Assembly: GCA_051252375.1 (NCBI GenBank)
Contig: JBPOFY010000006.1
Span: 64,001-128,000, forward strand
Source of the DNA: Opitutaceae bacterium
GTDB taxonomy: Bacteria; Verrucomicrobiota; Verrucomicrobiia; Opitutales; Coraliomargaritaceae
DNA: 64,000 bases
Direction of reading: 5' to 3'
The notes beneath the pieces are model-generated. The model had not been told where the DNA came from, made no database searches, and saw nothing but the letters and a program-made list of their open reading frames with translations. The position numbers and the translations under genes are program-made. Shown piece by piece: positions 10,104 through 19,526 of this stretch (position 1 is the first letter of the stretch; each line of letters begins with the position of its first letter).

Positions 10104-10892
10104 TTATTGGTTTGTTGTTTGTTGAGTCTCTGTTTCCTTAGTTGAAATTTCGTTCATTACTTCTTCTATAATTTCATCCATATAGGGGTCAGGATATACT
10201 TTACGTAATAATTGTTCGGCTTCCTCGTCAGATATATTGTCGGACTCATGCAACACGCGCACTGCCTCGATCGGATCTTTTAAGTCCGCAGTAAATCCAC
10301 CCAATAATCCTCCTAGATGACCTAGCCATGAAATGCCGACAGTTGCCGACATTTCTGTTGGGCGTATGGTATCGAAGAATCCGTCTCCGAGATAGCCTAT
10401 GCCCAGGAGCATGCCTAAGGTAACTAACTTCCCCTTGCGCACTGAGGCTAAGATGATCACGCCAAGTAGGGCGAATAGAATACTACTGGATCCGAGATAA
10501 ATTGTGCCATTTTGCCCAAATATTAGCTGCGCCATTCCTGCATACAGAATGCCGTATCCGATTGCTCCAAGTGCACGTGGGGCACCTGCGACGGCGAAGG
10601 CAATCAGCCCAGCGGGCCAGAGGAATAATAAATTACTCCATAAGTGCGACCAACTTCCGTGAAAGAAGTGAGTGGTGAAAACTGAGATGAGTGATTTCAG
10701 GAATGAGACGCTTCCCTCGCCAGGAGTGACAACAAGCCACGGGTTTCGATTCGCGCCTGGGTAAAAGTAGTGGAGTAGGATAGACAGCACGCTAATCGCT
10801 CCGAGGGTGATGACTCCGAAAATCAAGCCTTCCGATAATTTAGGCCAGCGTAGGTCGGCTACTTTTTGTTCCTGTGGCGTTTTAGTGCTCAT
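10104..10892 (-). CDS. rhomboid-family intramembrane serine protease
   Basis: FFHGSWSHLWSN, catalytic GSS and SWLGHLGG motifs. Confidence 0.85.
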   Translation of the reverse strand: MSTKTPQEQKVADLRWPKLSEGLIFGVITLGAISVLSILLHYFYPGANRNPWLVVTPGEGSVSFLKSLISVFTTHFFHGSWSHLWSNLLFLWPAGLIAFAVAGAPRALGAIGYGILYAGMAQLIFGQNGTIYLGSSSILFALLGVIILASVRKGKLVTLGMLLGIGYLGDGFFDTIRPTEMSATVGISWLGHLGGLLGGFTADLKDPIEAVRVLHESDNISDEEAEQLLRKVYPDPYMDEIIEEVMNEISTKETETQQTTNQ

Positions 10893-10947
10893 GGTTTGTG
10901 GGTTACTGAATCTTTATATTTTGCGTTCGACCCCTTTTTTAGTGCCC

Positions 10948-13008
10948 CTAGGCTCTAAAGAATGTAGTTTTTTTAAACCACTTGCATTCGGCTAATTCAC
11001 TCTGACTAATAATCGCTTTAATTTTATCCAATTCTTTTGACTCCACTTTTAGCCTCTTAGTTGCGAGTGCAATTAAGAGTTCGTAAGTTATTGAGAAGTC
11101 TTCTTTTTGTATGGCTCTATCTATTAAGTAAGTGATGCTTTTACTGTGGGTTTCGTGGTCGGAATAATCGATCTCGCTGGGTGAAGCCGATCTTAGTATG
11201 ATCGCTTGAAGCATTGAATCGTTGTATCTGAAGAAATTTTCCGGCGATAGTAGGACGCGTCGATTGGGCAATGGAGAAAGCTGTTCCTCATCTTTAAGCT
11301 TATTATTCGATCTGGCGCTCTGCAATAGATGAATAAACGTTATTAATAGAAATAGAGAAGAGTCATGGTTTAGTGGATAATTCATGCCTTCCCATAATCT
11401 GAACTTATCATGCAAATGTAGATGTTCAGATTCGTATAGGAGACAGCTACTCGAGAGCGAAGGATTATTGAGTTGCGTAAGCCTATTTTTAACCCTTTTG
11501 GATACATTTAGTCTGCCTTCTCGTTTAATGAAATCTAGTTCTTCATTCCATGAGAGCCCCAGGGTTTCAGGTGAACCTATAAATATGTTAACGAGCGAGC
11601 TTAGTTGATTATGCTTAGTCCGTAGATTCTGACCTAGTTTATCTAATTGAAGTTTGGATTCTGGCGTTCCAATGCCAGTCAAATAAATGATTGTTTTAAT
11701 ATTTCGATGTCGACGTAGATCGCGACTGATTTCTAGCAATCTTGTTCCCGTAGAAAAACATGGGCACACCACTACAACTGACCCACTAATCCTAATTGTT
11801 GGATTTTCTAGGTCATCTGGCGTTAGAAATTTAGGCTTAACTGGGAAAGTCGATAGCGCGTCTGATATTGCTCTCTCATCTACTCCAACACCTATGATGT
11901 GGGTAGTGCTGATAGGTGATCGGCAGCTGATTTCATTTTTTAGCCAGTGTTTAAATATAGAATGATTAACAAGTTTGTTAACGTCTACAAATAAGGGGAA
12001 TTGTGCAGTCGCAGAATTATTGCATGCTGCGAAGCACTCTTTCATCTTGATTAATTCTTTGAGCTTTAATGATTTTAAACAAGTTGAATGACCTTTTGCG
12101 TTGATCGTAACTGATTTGGGGGCATCCGCCTCAATGGTGAATGTTTCACCAGATAATCGAATTGAAGGCAGGAGTTTGACGTGTGGTTCAGATTCTGGTG
12201 GTGTGACATGAGAGATGACTATGGGATCTTTTACTTGTTCTTTGCCCCCATGCACCTTGGGATCTAAGTCGAGAATTGTTACTACTCGGGTTAAATTGCG
12301 CCATCTAGTTTTAGTGGTGATCTTTTTTAGCAGTTTATGGGTGGTAGTTGCAGAAATCACCATTAATGATTCTTCGACATTAGCAGCATCTAAAATTTCT
12401 TCATAAGATGTATATGATGAGAACGAAACGGTTATGGGTTCGTGTTTCTTGTCTCCGAATCGAATTCTTCCTGCCAGTGATGTTAGGCCATATAAGTCAA
12501 TGGTATCGACATAAATAGTGTTAACATATTCATCAAAAATTTTGCCCCATGCTTTGATGAGAAGAGTTGCAAGGAATGACATCTCTGCGTGGCGGACGAA
12601 CATTCTAGAACTTTGTATGAAGAATTTCGATTTTGCTCCAGAAGGTTTAGCAAAAGACTTCCCCGGAGGGGGGGGCAACACTGGCTTTCTTTTTTCAATT
12701 ATATATTTAAGCCCCAATTCAAAGAACTGTTCGCTCTCCTTGGGTGATCTTGTTTGCCCGAGTGCATTGATTTCAATAATTTTAGGCTTACAATGAAATC
12801 GACGTGTAATGACTTTATTTACTTCGTTTTTATTTTCAGGGGAAAGTTCTCCTTTGTGAAAATGTAATGTGACTTTGTCCGGGACAATCTGCTTGGATTG
12901 ATAGTCGATAAAATCCTCAAATTGTATCGAGTCGAAGTTTCCGTAGGCCAAATAAATATGATACTTAAGCCCGTCTTCAAAGGCGAAGATATTATTTGAT
13001 TCTTTCAT
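10948..13008 (-). CDS. large protein with two degenerate phosphoribosyltransferase-like domains
   Basis: FAKPSGAKSKFFI resembles an OPRT N-terminal loop; LMVISATTT and VVVVCPCFSTGT resemble PRPP-binding loops without the acidic pair; AT-rich. Confidence 0.6.
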   Translation of the reverse strand: MKESNNIFAFEDGLKYHIYLAYGNFDSIQFEDFIDYQSKQIVPDKVTLHFHKGELSPENKNEVNKVITRRFHCKPKIIEINALGQTRSPKESEQFFELGLKYIIEKRKPVLPPPPGKSFAKPSGAKSKFFIQSSRMFVRHAEMSFLATLLIKAWGKIFDEYVNTIYVDTIDLYGLTSLAGRIRFGDKKHEPITVSFSSYTSYEEILDAANVEESLMVISATTTHKLLKKITTKTRWRNLTRVVTILDLDPKVHGGKEQVKDPIVISHVTPPESEPHVKLLPSIRLSGETFTIEADAPKSVTINAKGHSTCLKSLKLKELIKMKECFAACNNSATAQFPLFVDVNKLVNHSIFKHWLKNEISCRSPISTTHIIGVGVDERAISDALSTFPVKPKFLTPDDLENPTIRISGSVVVVCPCFSTGTRLLEISRDLRRHRNIKTIIYLTGIGTPESKLQLDKLGQNLRTKHNQLSSLVNIFIGSPETLGLSWNEELDFIKREGRLNVSKRVKNRLTQLNNPSLSSSCLLYESEHLHLHDKFRLWEGMNYPLNHDSSLFLLITFIHLLQSARSNNKLKDEEQLSPLPNRRVLLSPENFFRYNDSMLQAIILRSASPSEIDYSDHETHSKSITYLIDRAIQKEDFSITYELLIALATKRLKVESKELDKIKAIISQSELAECKWFKKTTFFRA

Positions 13009-13014
13009 CCTATG

Positions 13015-14172
13015 TTAAGCTCTGTGGCAGGGGATAATTATAGTTATTGCTGTTCCAGATACTTCAGCATTTCCATGTGTGTCCCAATGACGGAGTGCCC
13101 TAGGGCTGTCCTCTCCGCGGTTTTTAAAAGTCTGAAACAAGCATAGTCTTCCAGTTCGGATTCTGATGAGGCCATTCGTTCTACAAAGTGCTCTCCAGAC
13201 AACATCTAGTCCATCTCCTCTACTGCGTAGTCTTTTTGAACTCACTTGATTATTAAAGCAGCTCTCAGTGATCTTTTTTTCATCACTTAGTGATAAATTA
13301 GATAGAGAATTCCCCGATAGGCTTTGTGCTAGACCTGGGCCGCCATCGACAATCGAGATTTCAATAAAATGAGGGGTGTCTTGTTTATCAAAGCTGCATA
13401 AGAATTCATTGAAATGATCATTTGAAGACTTTTTTAAATGTAAGTTTCCTGTGTTAGTATGACTCTTAATTATGAACCCTCTGATATTTTTCGGGTATGC
13501 TTTATTTTCAAGGTCGCAATAAGCATGATCGTTTGTGTTATGGAATAGCTCATATAGCATGCTTGTCAGTGGAAGTATGAGGCTCTGTTTTTTTGCTATG
13601 TATCTCCCAAATGCTTTGCTGTTTCTAAATGCGGCAATGCAAAGCGAACGGAATTTTTCTCTAGAGATAATTCCATCGCGTGAAGGGGAGTCGTATAACG
13701 ATTTTAGAAACTCGTAGTGTGAGCCATGCAGGCAAAGAAATTGGGTCGCTAGTTTGTCGCGGCTTTTTGGTGAGGTGGCATTAACGCTCTTTGGCTCATA
13801 AATGTCACAAGTATCCATTAAGCTTAAGACCTCTGTGCAATGCTTTGCATAAACGTTCTTAGGGATATTAGCACCTTGTGCGTTTAAGAGTTTATCAGTA
13901 AGATATAACGCGGCGATTCCATACATCCGCGTGCCATATGATGATAATTGTCGACTTTGTGCCTCTTTGTCATCGTCGTTGATGTAAGTCTTTATCGTGG
14001 GTGATTCATTTAATCTTTGCCATGTCATTAGCAACTGAATTAAAGCAATTTCGTTGCCCCAAGACCCTTCATGTTTAAGGTTTGAGGGTAACCGGAGTAG
14101 AGGGTCTCGTCTAGCTTTCAACAATGCAGATTCAAAATCATGCAATGAGAAGTCTGATTTTATAACGAGCAT
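13015..14172 (-). CDS. GHKL/histidine-kinase-like ATPase protein
   Basis: N-box ELFHNTNDH, G1 IVDGGPGL, G2 RGDGL, terminal GTAITI. Confidence 0.75.
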   Translation of the reverse strand: MLVIKSDFSLHDFESALLKARRDPLLRLPSNLKHEGSWGNEIALIQLLMTWQRLNESPTIKTYINDDDKEAQSRQLSSYGTRMYGIAALYLTDKLLNAQGANIPKNVYAKHCTEVLSLMDTCDIYEPKSVNATSPKSRDKLATQFLCLHGSHYEFLKSLYDSPSRDGIISREKFRSLCIAAFRNSKAFGRYIAKKQSLILPLTSMLYELFHNTNDHAYCDLENKAYPKNIRGFIIKSHTNTGNLHLKKSSNDHFNEFLCSFDKQDTPHFIEISIVDGGPGLAQSLSGNSLSNLSLSDEKKITESCFNNQVSSKRLRSRGDGLDVVWRALCRTNGLIRIRTGRLCLFQTFKNRGEDSPRALRHWDTHGNAEVSGTAITIIIPCHRA

Positions 14173-14348
14173 GTTAGACTGTAATATAGATCAATATGAA
14201 TGATCAACATTAACCTACGTAAGTCCGAGCGTTCTGGAACATCTTGAGCCATGGACCAGCAACATCGCGGAGCGATGAAGTTGGAAGGGGGAAGTTTAAA
14301 TTGTGAAGTTCCTGAAGCATAGAGCTATTTGGTATTTTAATCTGCCTG

Positions 14349-14456
14349 GAGGGGGGTGAGGATTTGGTCGATTTCTTCGATGTGTTTTTTGGTGCGTTTG
14401 CCGAAGTGGGCGGCGATCTCGGTGGGGTCGGGGCCGGTGGTTGGGAGGAGGGCGTG
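14349..14456 (-). repeat. 108-bp imperfect direct repeat A (gene 3'-end remnant)
   Basis: Aligns to 15933-16040; minus strand reads HALLPTTGPDPTEIAAHFGKRTKKHIEEIDQILTPL. Confidence 0.85.
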
Positions 14457-14467
14457 AAACTGTTTAA

Positions 14468-14923
14468 TCAAACAGCATCCGGCTCTTTTGCCTGAGCTTC
14501 AGTATTAGGCTTCGGCTCGTAGAAGGAATATGTCGGAATGACTATTCCGCTCCATGGACCGCGCTCGGTATTGGCGCGAATGATTTCACGGGACATTCCA
14601 TAGAGCATCGAAGATCCGTTGATCTTCATTAGTCGCTCGATATGTGTTGGCTCAGCCTTGTCTATGATGCATCGAAAAATGCCAACAATCGTTAGTCGGA
14701 AATCATACGGGAAATTCGTTTTTGCCGCTGGCTGATGTTTTATGTGGACCGAGACCTGCCACTTCTCGGGTTGATCTTCAGCTGCTGGAAGGCGAATGGC
14801 TTCATTCGTGACAGAGTATTCTTCGACGCGTGTTTCAATCTCCTTGTCAGGAGAAAAAACATCGCGAGCTGTCACGGCTTGGTCGCTAACGAAATAGCGT
14901 TCTAGTTCTAATGGTGATTTCAT
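14468..14923 (-). CDS. SecB-like chaperone
   Basis: FPYDFRLTIVGIF, NGSSMLYGMSREII, PWSGIVIPT; overlaps the antitoxin stop. Confidence 0.85.
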   Translation of the reverse strand: MKSPLELERYFVSDQAVTARDVFSPDKEIETRVEEYSVTNEAIRLPAAEDQPEKWQVSVHIKHQPAAKTNFPYDFRLTIVGIFRCIIDKAEPTHIERLMKINGSSMLYGMSREIIRANTERGPWSGIVIPTYSFYEPKPNTEAQAKEPDAV

Positions 14924-15435
14924 GCTACGGCAGCTTCTAGGTATTCTTCACTCTCTTCATTCGACAGGGCGTCAGTTGCCAATTCAGTCGCGGAGCAAAA
15001 GAGCGTGTCGGGTGCAAATGTCATGTAGTGCGCATCGGACACCCATTGGGCGGGTGTTGTTGCGACTGCTTTTAAATAGTCGATTGTGATTTTCCCATCG
15101 TCCAGTGCACGCAGCAGCAGGTTGATACTTCGGCTTGGGCGATTGCGGCCATTTTCCCAGGGGCTCCATGTCTTTTCTCCAATCTGGAGTGCTTCACTGA
15201 TTTCTTTTTGTGTGAGGTTTAGTCGTTCGCGTAGTCCGCGTATCTCAGCAGGAAGCATCAATCCCATGTGGCGCGCTTTGGTTTCTTCAACCTTTTGTAA
15301 GCCCTCGTCGGTCATTAACCATTCTTGGATTTCTTCGTCCCACTCCATTGGAATTTGGATAGAGATGAGTTCGGCAATGCTTTCACCGTCAGTAGTGGGG
15401 ATGGAGACATCAAATGTGCGATTTTCAATTTTCAT
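14920..15435 (-). CDS. MqsA-like HTH antitoxin with C-terminal extension (ChAD-like)
   Basis: LMLPAEIRGLRERLNLTQKEIS..IGEKTWSPWENG HTH plus an aromatic/acidic tail. Confidence 0.8.
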   Translation of the reverse strand: MKIENRTFDVSIPTTDGESIAELISIQIPMEWDEEIQEWLMTDEGLQKVEETKARHMGLMLPAEIRGLRERLNLTQKEISEALQIGEKTWSPWENGRNRPSRSINLLLRALDDGKITIDYLKAVATTPAQWVSDAHYMTFAPDTLFCSATELATDALSNEESEEYLEAAVA

Positions 15436-15800
15436 AACAGTTCATCGGGGTCTTCACACCGTAATCGATCTTTTTCAGGTAGGTGTGCGGAATGAAGGAT
15501 AATGTGAGTCTGATTTGTTCTTAGTAAAATTTTCCCATACGTGCGTTTGCCTTTAAAGGTAAACCAAAACTCCCAAGTCTCACCAGGCGGGTGATCCATT
15601 GTAACTGGGCAGCCATGAGGTTTAGATCCTTCAAGGAAAGTGAGGAACGCGGGGGTGACTTGGTCTTCAAAGTTACTTGGAAAGCTATTTTGAAATCCCG
15701 CCGAATAGCGCTCGGTTTTTCGAATCTCTCTCGAAGTGCCTGTGCGCAGAATTTTGGCGACTTTTCGCAGCCAGGCTCTGGGGATGGGGTGTAGCGCCAT
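15432..15800 (-). CDS. putative MqsR/RelE-fold toxin
   Basis: First gene of the operon; C-terminal YGKILL...IILHSAH resembles MqsR-like proteins. Confidence 0.6.
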   Translation of the reverse strand: MALHPIPRAWLRKVAKILRTGTSREIRKTERYSAGFQNSFPSNFEDQVTPAFLTFLEGSKPHGCPVTMDHPPGETWEFWFTFKGKRTYGKILLRTNQTHIILHSAHLPEKDRLRCEDPDELL

Positions 15801-15836
15801 GATTGAATCGGATTGTTGTCATAAGCATGCTTAAAA

Positions 15837-15852
15837 GGTATTAATTAATACC
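15837..15852. promoter_or_regulatory. perfect 16-bp palindrome upstream of the TAC operon (candidate operator)
   Basis: ggtattaattaatacc next to a minus-strand TTGACT at 15856-15861. Confidence 0.55.
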
Positions 15853-15932
15853 AAAAGTCAAGCTATTCTATAACATGCTAAATATGAGTAATTTAAAATA
15901 GTTGTTGATCCCTACAACTGCCCCAAATTCTT

Positions 15933-16040
15933 GAGGGTGGTGAGGATTTGATCGATTTCTTCGATGCGTTTTTTGGTGCGTTTGCCGAAGTGGGCGGCTA
16001 GGGCGCTGGGGTCGGGGCCGGTTTCGGGGAGGTGTGCGTG
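15933..16040 (-). repeat. 108-bp imperfect direct repeat B (gene 3'-end remnant)
   Basis: Reads HAHLPETGPDPSALAAHFGKRTKKRIEEIDQILTTL, continuing KNLGQL* past the repeat. Confidence 0.85.
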
Positions 16041-16074
16041 GATGGCGCTAATTTGAATGAATATAAGAGTGCTA

Positions 16075-18321
16075 CTAACCATGTTCGATAGAGCTTTCTA
16101 TTCGTTTTCTAGTTTCATCGTCTTCAAACCAAAGGTAAATGCCACGGATGGGGCGAGTAAGTAGAATGCGGTAAGCTTGAGCGACTGCTTGGTGCAAGTT
16201 TGTATGATGAGAGCCTTTGAGGTCTAATTCATTTTTAGCAGCTGTAATTAATGTTTTGAATCCTGCTTCATGCGAGTGGAGTGGGTTGGCGTGCCAGCCG
16301 AGCTCTTCCGTGTATGCAAGGTCCTTGAACCAAAGTATGCCCACGTAGTCCCAGTCGAACCCTCGAACTGCGTAAGGGCAACCAACTTCACATAATGGGT
16401 CATCGTGTATTCGTGATCCTGCTTTTCCTTGAATATATGTGGCATAGTCGGATCCATTTTGAGGGACAAAATTCCAGATATTACTCCAAGTTCTGGTTTC
16501 ACCGTTTTCTGAATATGAAATGCTAAAGTCTTTAAGCGAATCAGGTAAATCATGTGGAACTGCTGCGCTTCGTGTTTTCCATTCTCTAGCGTATGAAGCG
16601 AGTATTCGCGCTTTAGCACCTTCTGCTAATTTATCACGGAGCGCTTGCTCCATTTGTTTTGGCGTATCGAATATTTTAAATTCTAAACCTACTCGATTAA
16701 GTGTTTTACGTTTTTTAGCCCCATAGTCCCCGGGAGCTTCAGCAGCTGCTAGAGCAGTTGTCGGGAAATTGATGATATTGCCTGTAGGTATACTTTGAGT
16801 GTTGTTCCAAGCAGATGCTAGGACTTTGCAGGTTTCAAGTGAATCACCTCTGAGGACGGATTCCAGCCAATCTACGTATTCTTTTGAACCAGCACATCTA
16901 AATTGGCTACCTTCAAGACTGACTGTTGAGTATTCCGCCCCAATTTCTTCGGCCCATGCTTTGATGTTTTCGGTAGTCGTATTTTCACGAGTTCGAAAGC
17001 TTTGCTTACTATCCATTAGGAATATTGAAACCTGAGAAACTCGCATTATATGATAAGCCTGTGGTCCCAATCCTGTAACGAAACCAAACTGTCCTCGACC
17101 TTCAACGTGCTCGGGGTTGATCAGTGCATGCGCTTCATCGACCACTGAAACTAGGAATTCGCTATCACGTGTGCCTGAATGGAAACCATTGCCTAAGGCT
17201 TTTAAAGTCTTCAAGTGCTCACGCCAGAGAAGGCCGTCCTTGAATAGTTTGCTATCATTATGCGTTGTTCTAAGACGGCCAAGTTGCTGTGTTGTTAGAG
17301 GCGTGTAGGAAGTTGCCTTTTTAACTACGCCCGCTGCAGCAACGTTTGCTGCAGTTGCATTAAAGAGGTGAGACCAATTGCTGTTTTGGCTTGCTGAAGT
17401 GCTGGTAAACACAATCGGCCCATCGGGTAGTTTCTTGTCGGTTGCAAGTGCTGCCCAAATCTTGGCAGCTACAACTGATTTGCCTGAGCCCGGAGGTCCC
17501 TCGACTAGAATGACTTTCTTATTGGCATTACTGGGGTCGTCAAAAAGAGAAGCATTTACTCGAGCTCGACACAGAGCGAAAGCTCTACGCTGATTGTCGA
17601 GAAGCTCGAAGCAGGACGCCTCAGGGTTGAGAATTTGACCGCCTATTTGTTCTACAAAGCCGCGATCTTGTTTGTAGCTGCCACTTTCAAAATCTAGCGC
17701 CCAAGCGTAATCGGCTTCTTCAATTACTCCTTGAATGAATTGAGGGAAACTAGTGGCAATATCTTCATCGCTTAGAGTGAAGCATGGGAAACTTTTTACG
17801 AGCGAATCGTTGGGAGTCTCTTTGTAGGCTTTTGTAATGACATCTCGTGTGAACAAAACGCATCCTTTAACGCTAGCTTCTTGTTCGAGGACAGCTGAAT
17901 GATAGCGTCTACAATACTCACTATAGCCACGGACTTGGTCTGAAGGGTGTAGCACTTCGCTGCCAAAGTGGTTGATCAGCCCTTCGACTTTCCCGGGCTT
18001 ATCTGAATACGTTTGCCAATGCTTCAGTTCAATGATGACGGCTCCTGGTTTATTATTCTTTTTGCCTAGTAGAACTACGTCACACCAACTGGACGCCGCG
18101 GGTAGCTGATATTCTAGAGAAAGGGCGCCGCTACCATTAAAATAAAGGTGCAGTGAGTTGAAGCTCGAAGCAGAAAATGCTCTAGATAATCGAGGCAGTG
18201 AGTCTTGCCAAGACTTGGCCTCTTCGTCGCCATAGCGCCCAGTGACTGCTTGAAGTTCATTAACTAAAGTCGGCATGTCAGACGAGACACGTTCTTTGAA
18301 GTCGTTAACTGTAATGATCAT
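16075..18321 (-). CDS. DUF2075-family SF1 DNA/RNA helicase with N-terminal nuclease-like domain
   Basis: DVVLLG..IIELKHW N-terminus; Walker A GPPGSGKS; VVDEAH; QFRC; VGCPYAVRGFD; YRILLTR. Confidence 0.85.
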   Translation of the reverse strand: MIITVNDFKERVSSDMPTLVNELQAVTGRYGDEEAKSWQDSLPRLSRAFSASSFNSLHLYFNGSGALSLEYQLPAASSWCDVVLLGKKNNKPGAVIIELKHWQTYSDKPGKVEGLINHFGSEVLHPSDQVRGYSEYCRRYHSAVLEQEASVKGCVLFTRDVITKAYKETPNDSLVKSFPCFTLSDEDIATSFPQFIQGVIEEADYAWALDFESGSYKQDRGFVEQIGGQILNPEASCFELLDNQRRAFALCRARVNASLFDDPSNANKKVILVEGPPGSGKSVVAAKIWAALATDKKLPDGPIVFTSTSASQNSNWSHLFNATAANVAAAGVVKKATSYTPLTTQQLGRLRTTHNDSKLFKDGLLWREHLKTLKALGNGFHSGTRDSEFLVSVVDEAHALINPEHVEGRGQFGFVTGLGPQAYHIMRVSQVSIFLMDSKQSFRTRENTTTENIKAWAEEIGAEYSTVSLEGSQFRCAGSKEYVDWLESVLRGDSLETCKVLASAWNNTQSIPTGNIINFPTTALAAAEAPGDYGAKKRKTLNRVGLEFKIFDTPKQMEQALRDKLAEGAKARILASYAREWKTRSAAVPHDLPDSLKDFSISYSENGETRTWSNIWNFVPQNGSDYATYIQGKAGSRIHDDPLCEVGCPYAVRGFDWDYVGILWFKDLAYTEELGWHANPLHSHEAGFKTLITAAKNELDLKGSHHTNLHQAVAQAYRILLTRPIRGIYLWFEDDETRKRIESSIEHG

Positions 18322-18335
18322 TTCGTGATATTTCC

Positions 18336-18701
18336 TCAGGCTTCGTTTTGATACTCGTTATATTTCTTCGAGCTTCCACGAACCTGATGAGCTGGGTATT
18401 TCTGATTATTCAGTTCCAGCTTGTTTCGAACCACAGCTTCAAGATCGATCTCTAGCTCATTGCAGAGCAGGAGTAGGTAGGACGCGATATCGGCAACTTC
18501 TTGTTCAATGTGATTTTTCTTCTTGGAGATTGCCTTATCAAGGCTTGGACCATTCTTCCAGAGGAAGATTTCCTGTAGTTCGGAAGCCTCGATTGATAGG
18601 GCAGTCGCTAGGTCCTTAGGGTTGTGAAATTGTTTCCAGTCCCGATCATCTCTAAAAGCCACGAGTTCTTCTGTGAGTTGCTTGATCGGATTTTTGGGCA
18701 T
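18336..18701 (-). CDS. MazG-like nucleotide pyrophosphohydrolase
   Basis: RDWKQFHNPKDLA..IEASEL, EVADI, KYP. Confidence 0.9.
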   Translation of the reverse strand: MPKNPIKQLTEELVAFRDDRDWKQFHNPKDLATALSIEASELQEIFLWKNGPSLDKAISKKKNHIEQEVADIASYLLLLCNELEIDLEAVVRNKLELNNQKYPAHQVRGSSKKYNEYQNEA

Positions 18702-18950
18702 GTCTTTTGTGCTTGTGGGCGCTGCAGGTGAACAATTGCTTTAAATGAAAGTCATCTCAGCTGAAACTAGCAAAGTAAAAGTGAGGGATGAGTGGAATAT
18801 TTGATGCACTAATCGAGTGCCAAATAGAGCTGTTGGGTGAAAAGCTGAGGGGGAGCTGAGAACTCGTAAAAAATGATGTAAACTTGATGAGGGAGCAGAT
18901 AAGTGCTGACATTAAATTTTATATTACAATCTTAACCGTCAGGGAACTCC

Positions 18951-19427
18951 ATGCGTTTATTATTTCTATTTTTCATCCTCACTTGTTCAGTATCTGGTCG
19001 AATCGGTGAAACACCGAATCAGCTCAAAAAAAGGTATGACACAGCTCAACCATTGTCATTCGGGGAGACTGTCGTCTCAGAAGGTCGTATTTTAAAATTT
19101 GGAAAGTTGGTCGTGTATAAGTCTGAGGGTTGGACGATCACGGCGACTTTCATCAATGATAAGTGTGAACGTATCATTTATAAGAAGGCAGGCAGTTGGA
19201 CGGATGAGCAAGTTTACGCCATCTTAAAGGCAAATGCGAATGGCCAGACTTGGAGTAGGAGTAAACCATTCAGTGAGGCTCATAAATTGTGGATCGGTAT
19301 TGGTAGCTCCACTGCGTATTGGCATTCCATCTCTGGTATGGATATGAAGACAAATGCTTACTTCACCTACATCGAGAAACTAAAAAAGGAAGCCGCTCGA
19401 AAATCTAAAGAAGTTCCGAATTTCTGA
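18951..19427 (+). CDS. secreted hypothetical protein
   Basis: Signal peptide followed by RIGET. Confidence 0.75.
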   Translation: MRLLFLFFILTCSVSGRIGETPNQLKKRYDTAQPLSFGETVVSEGRILKFGKLVVYKSEGWTITATFINDKCERIIYKKAGSWTDEQVYAILKANANGQTWSRSKPFSEAHKLWIGIGSSTAYWHSISGMDMKTNAYFTYIEKLKKEAARKSKEVPNF

Positions 19428-19462
19428 TGTGATCGATGACCTTGTGGGTGGGCAGATCGGAT

Positions 19463-19526
19463 GAACATCGAACGTTGAACGTCCAACGTCCAATATTGAA
19501 TGATTACGCGAGGGAGATTTTATGAA
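19463..19526 (+). repeat. heptamer-based direct repeat, copy 1
   Basis: Matches 20173-20236. Confidence 0.8.
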
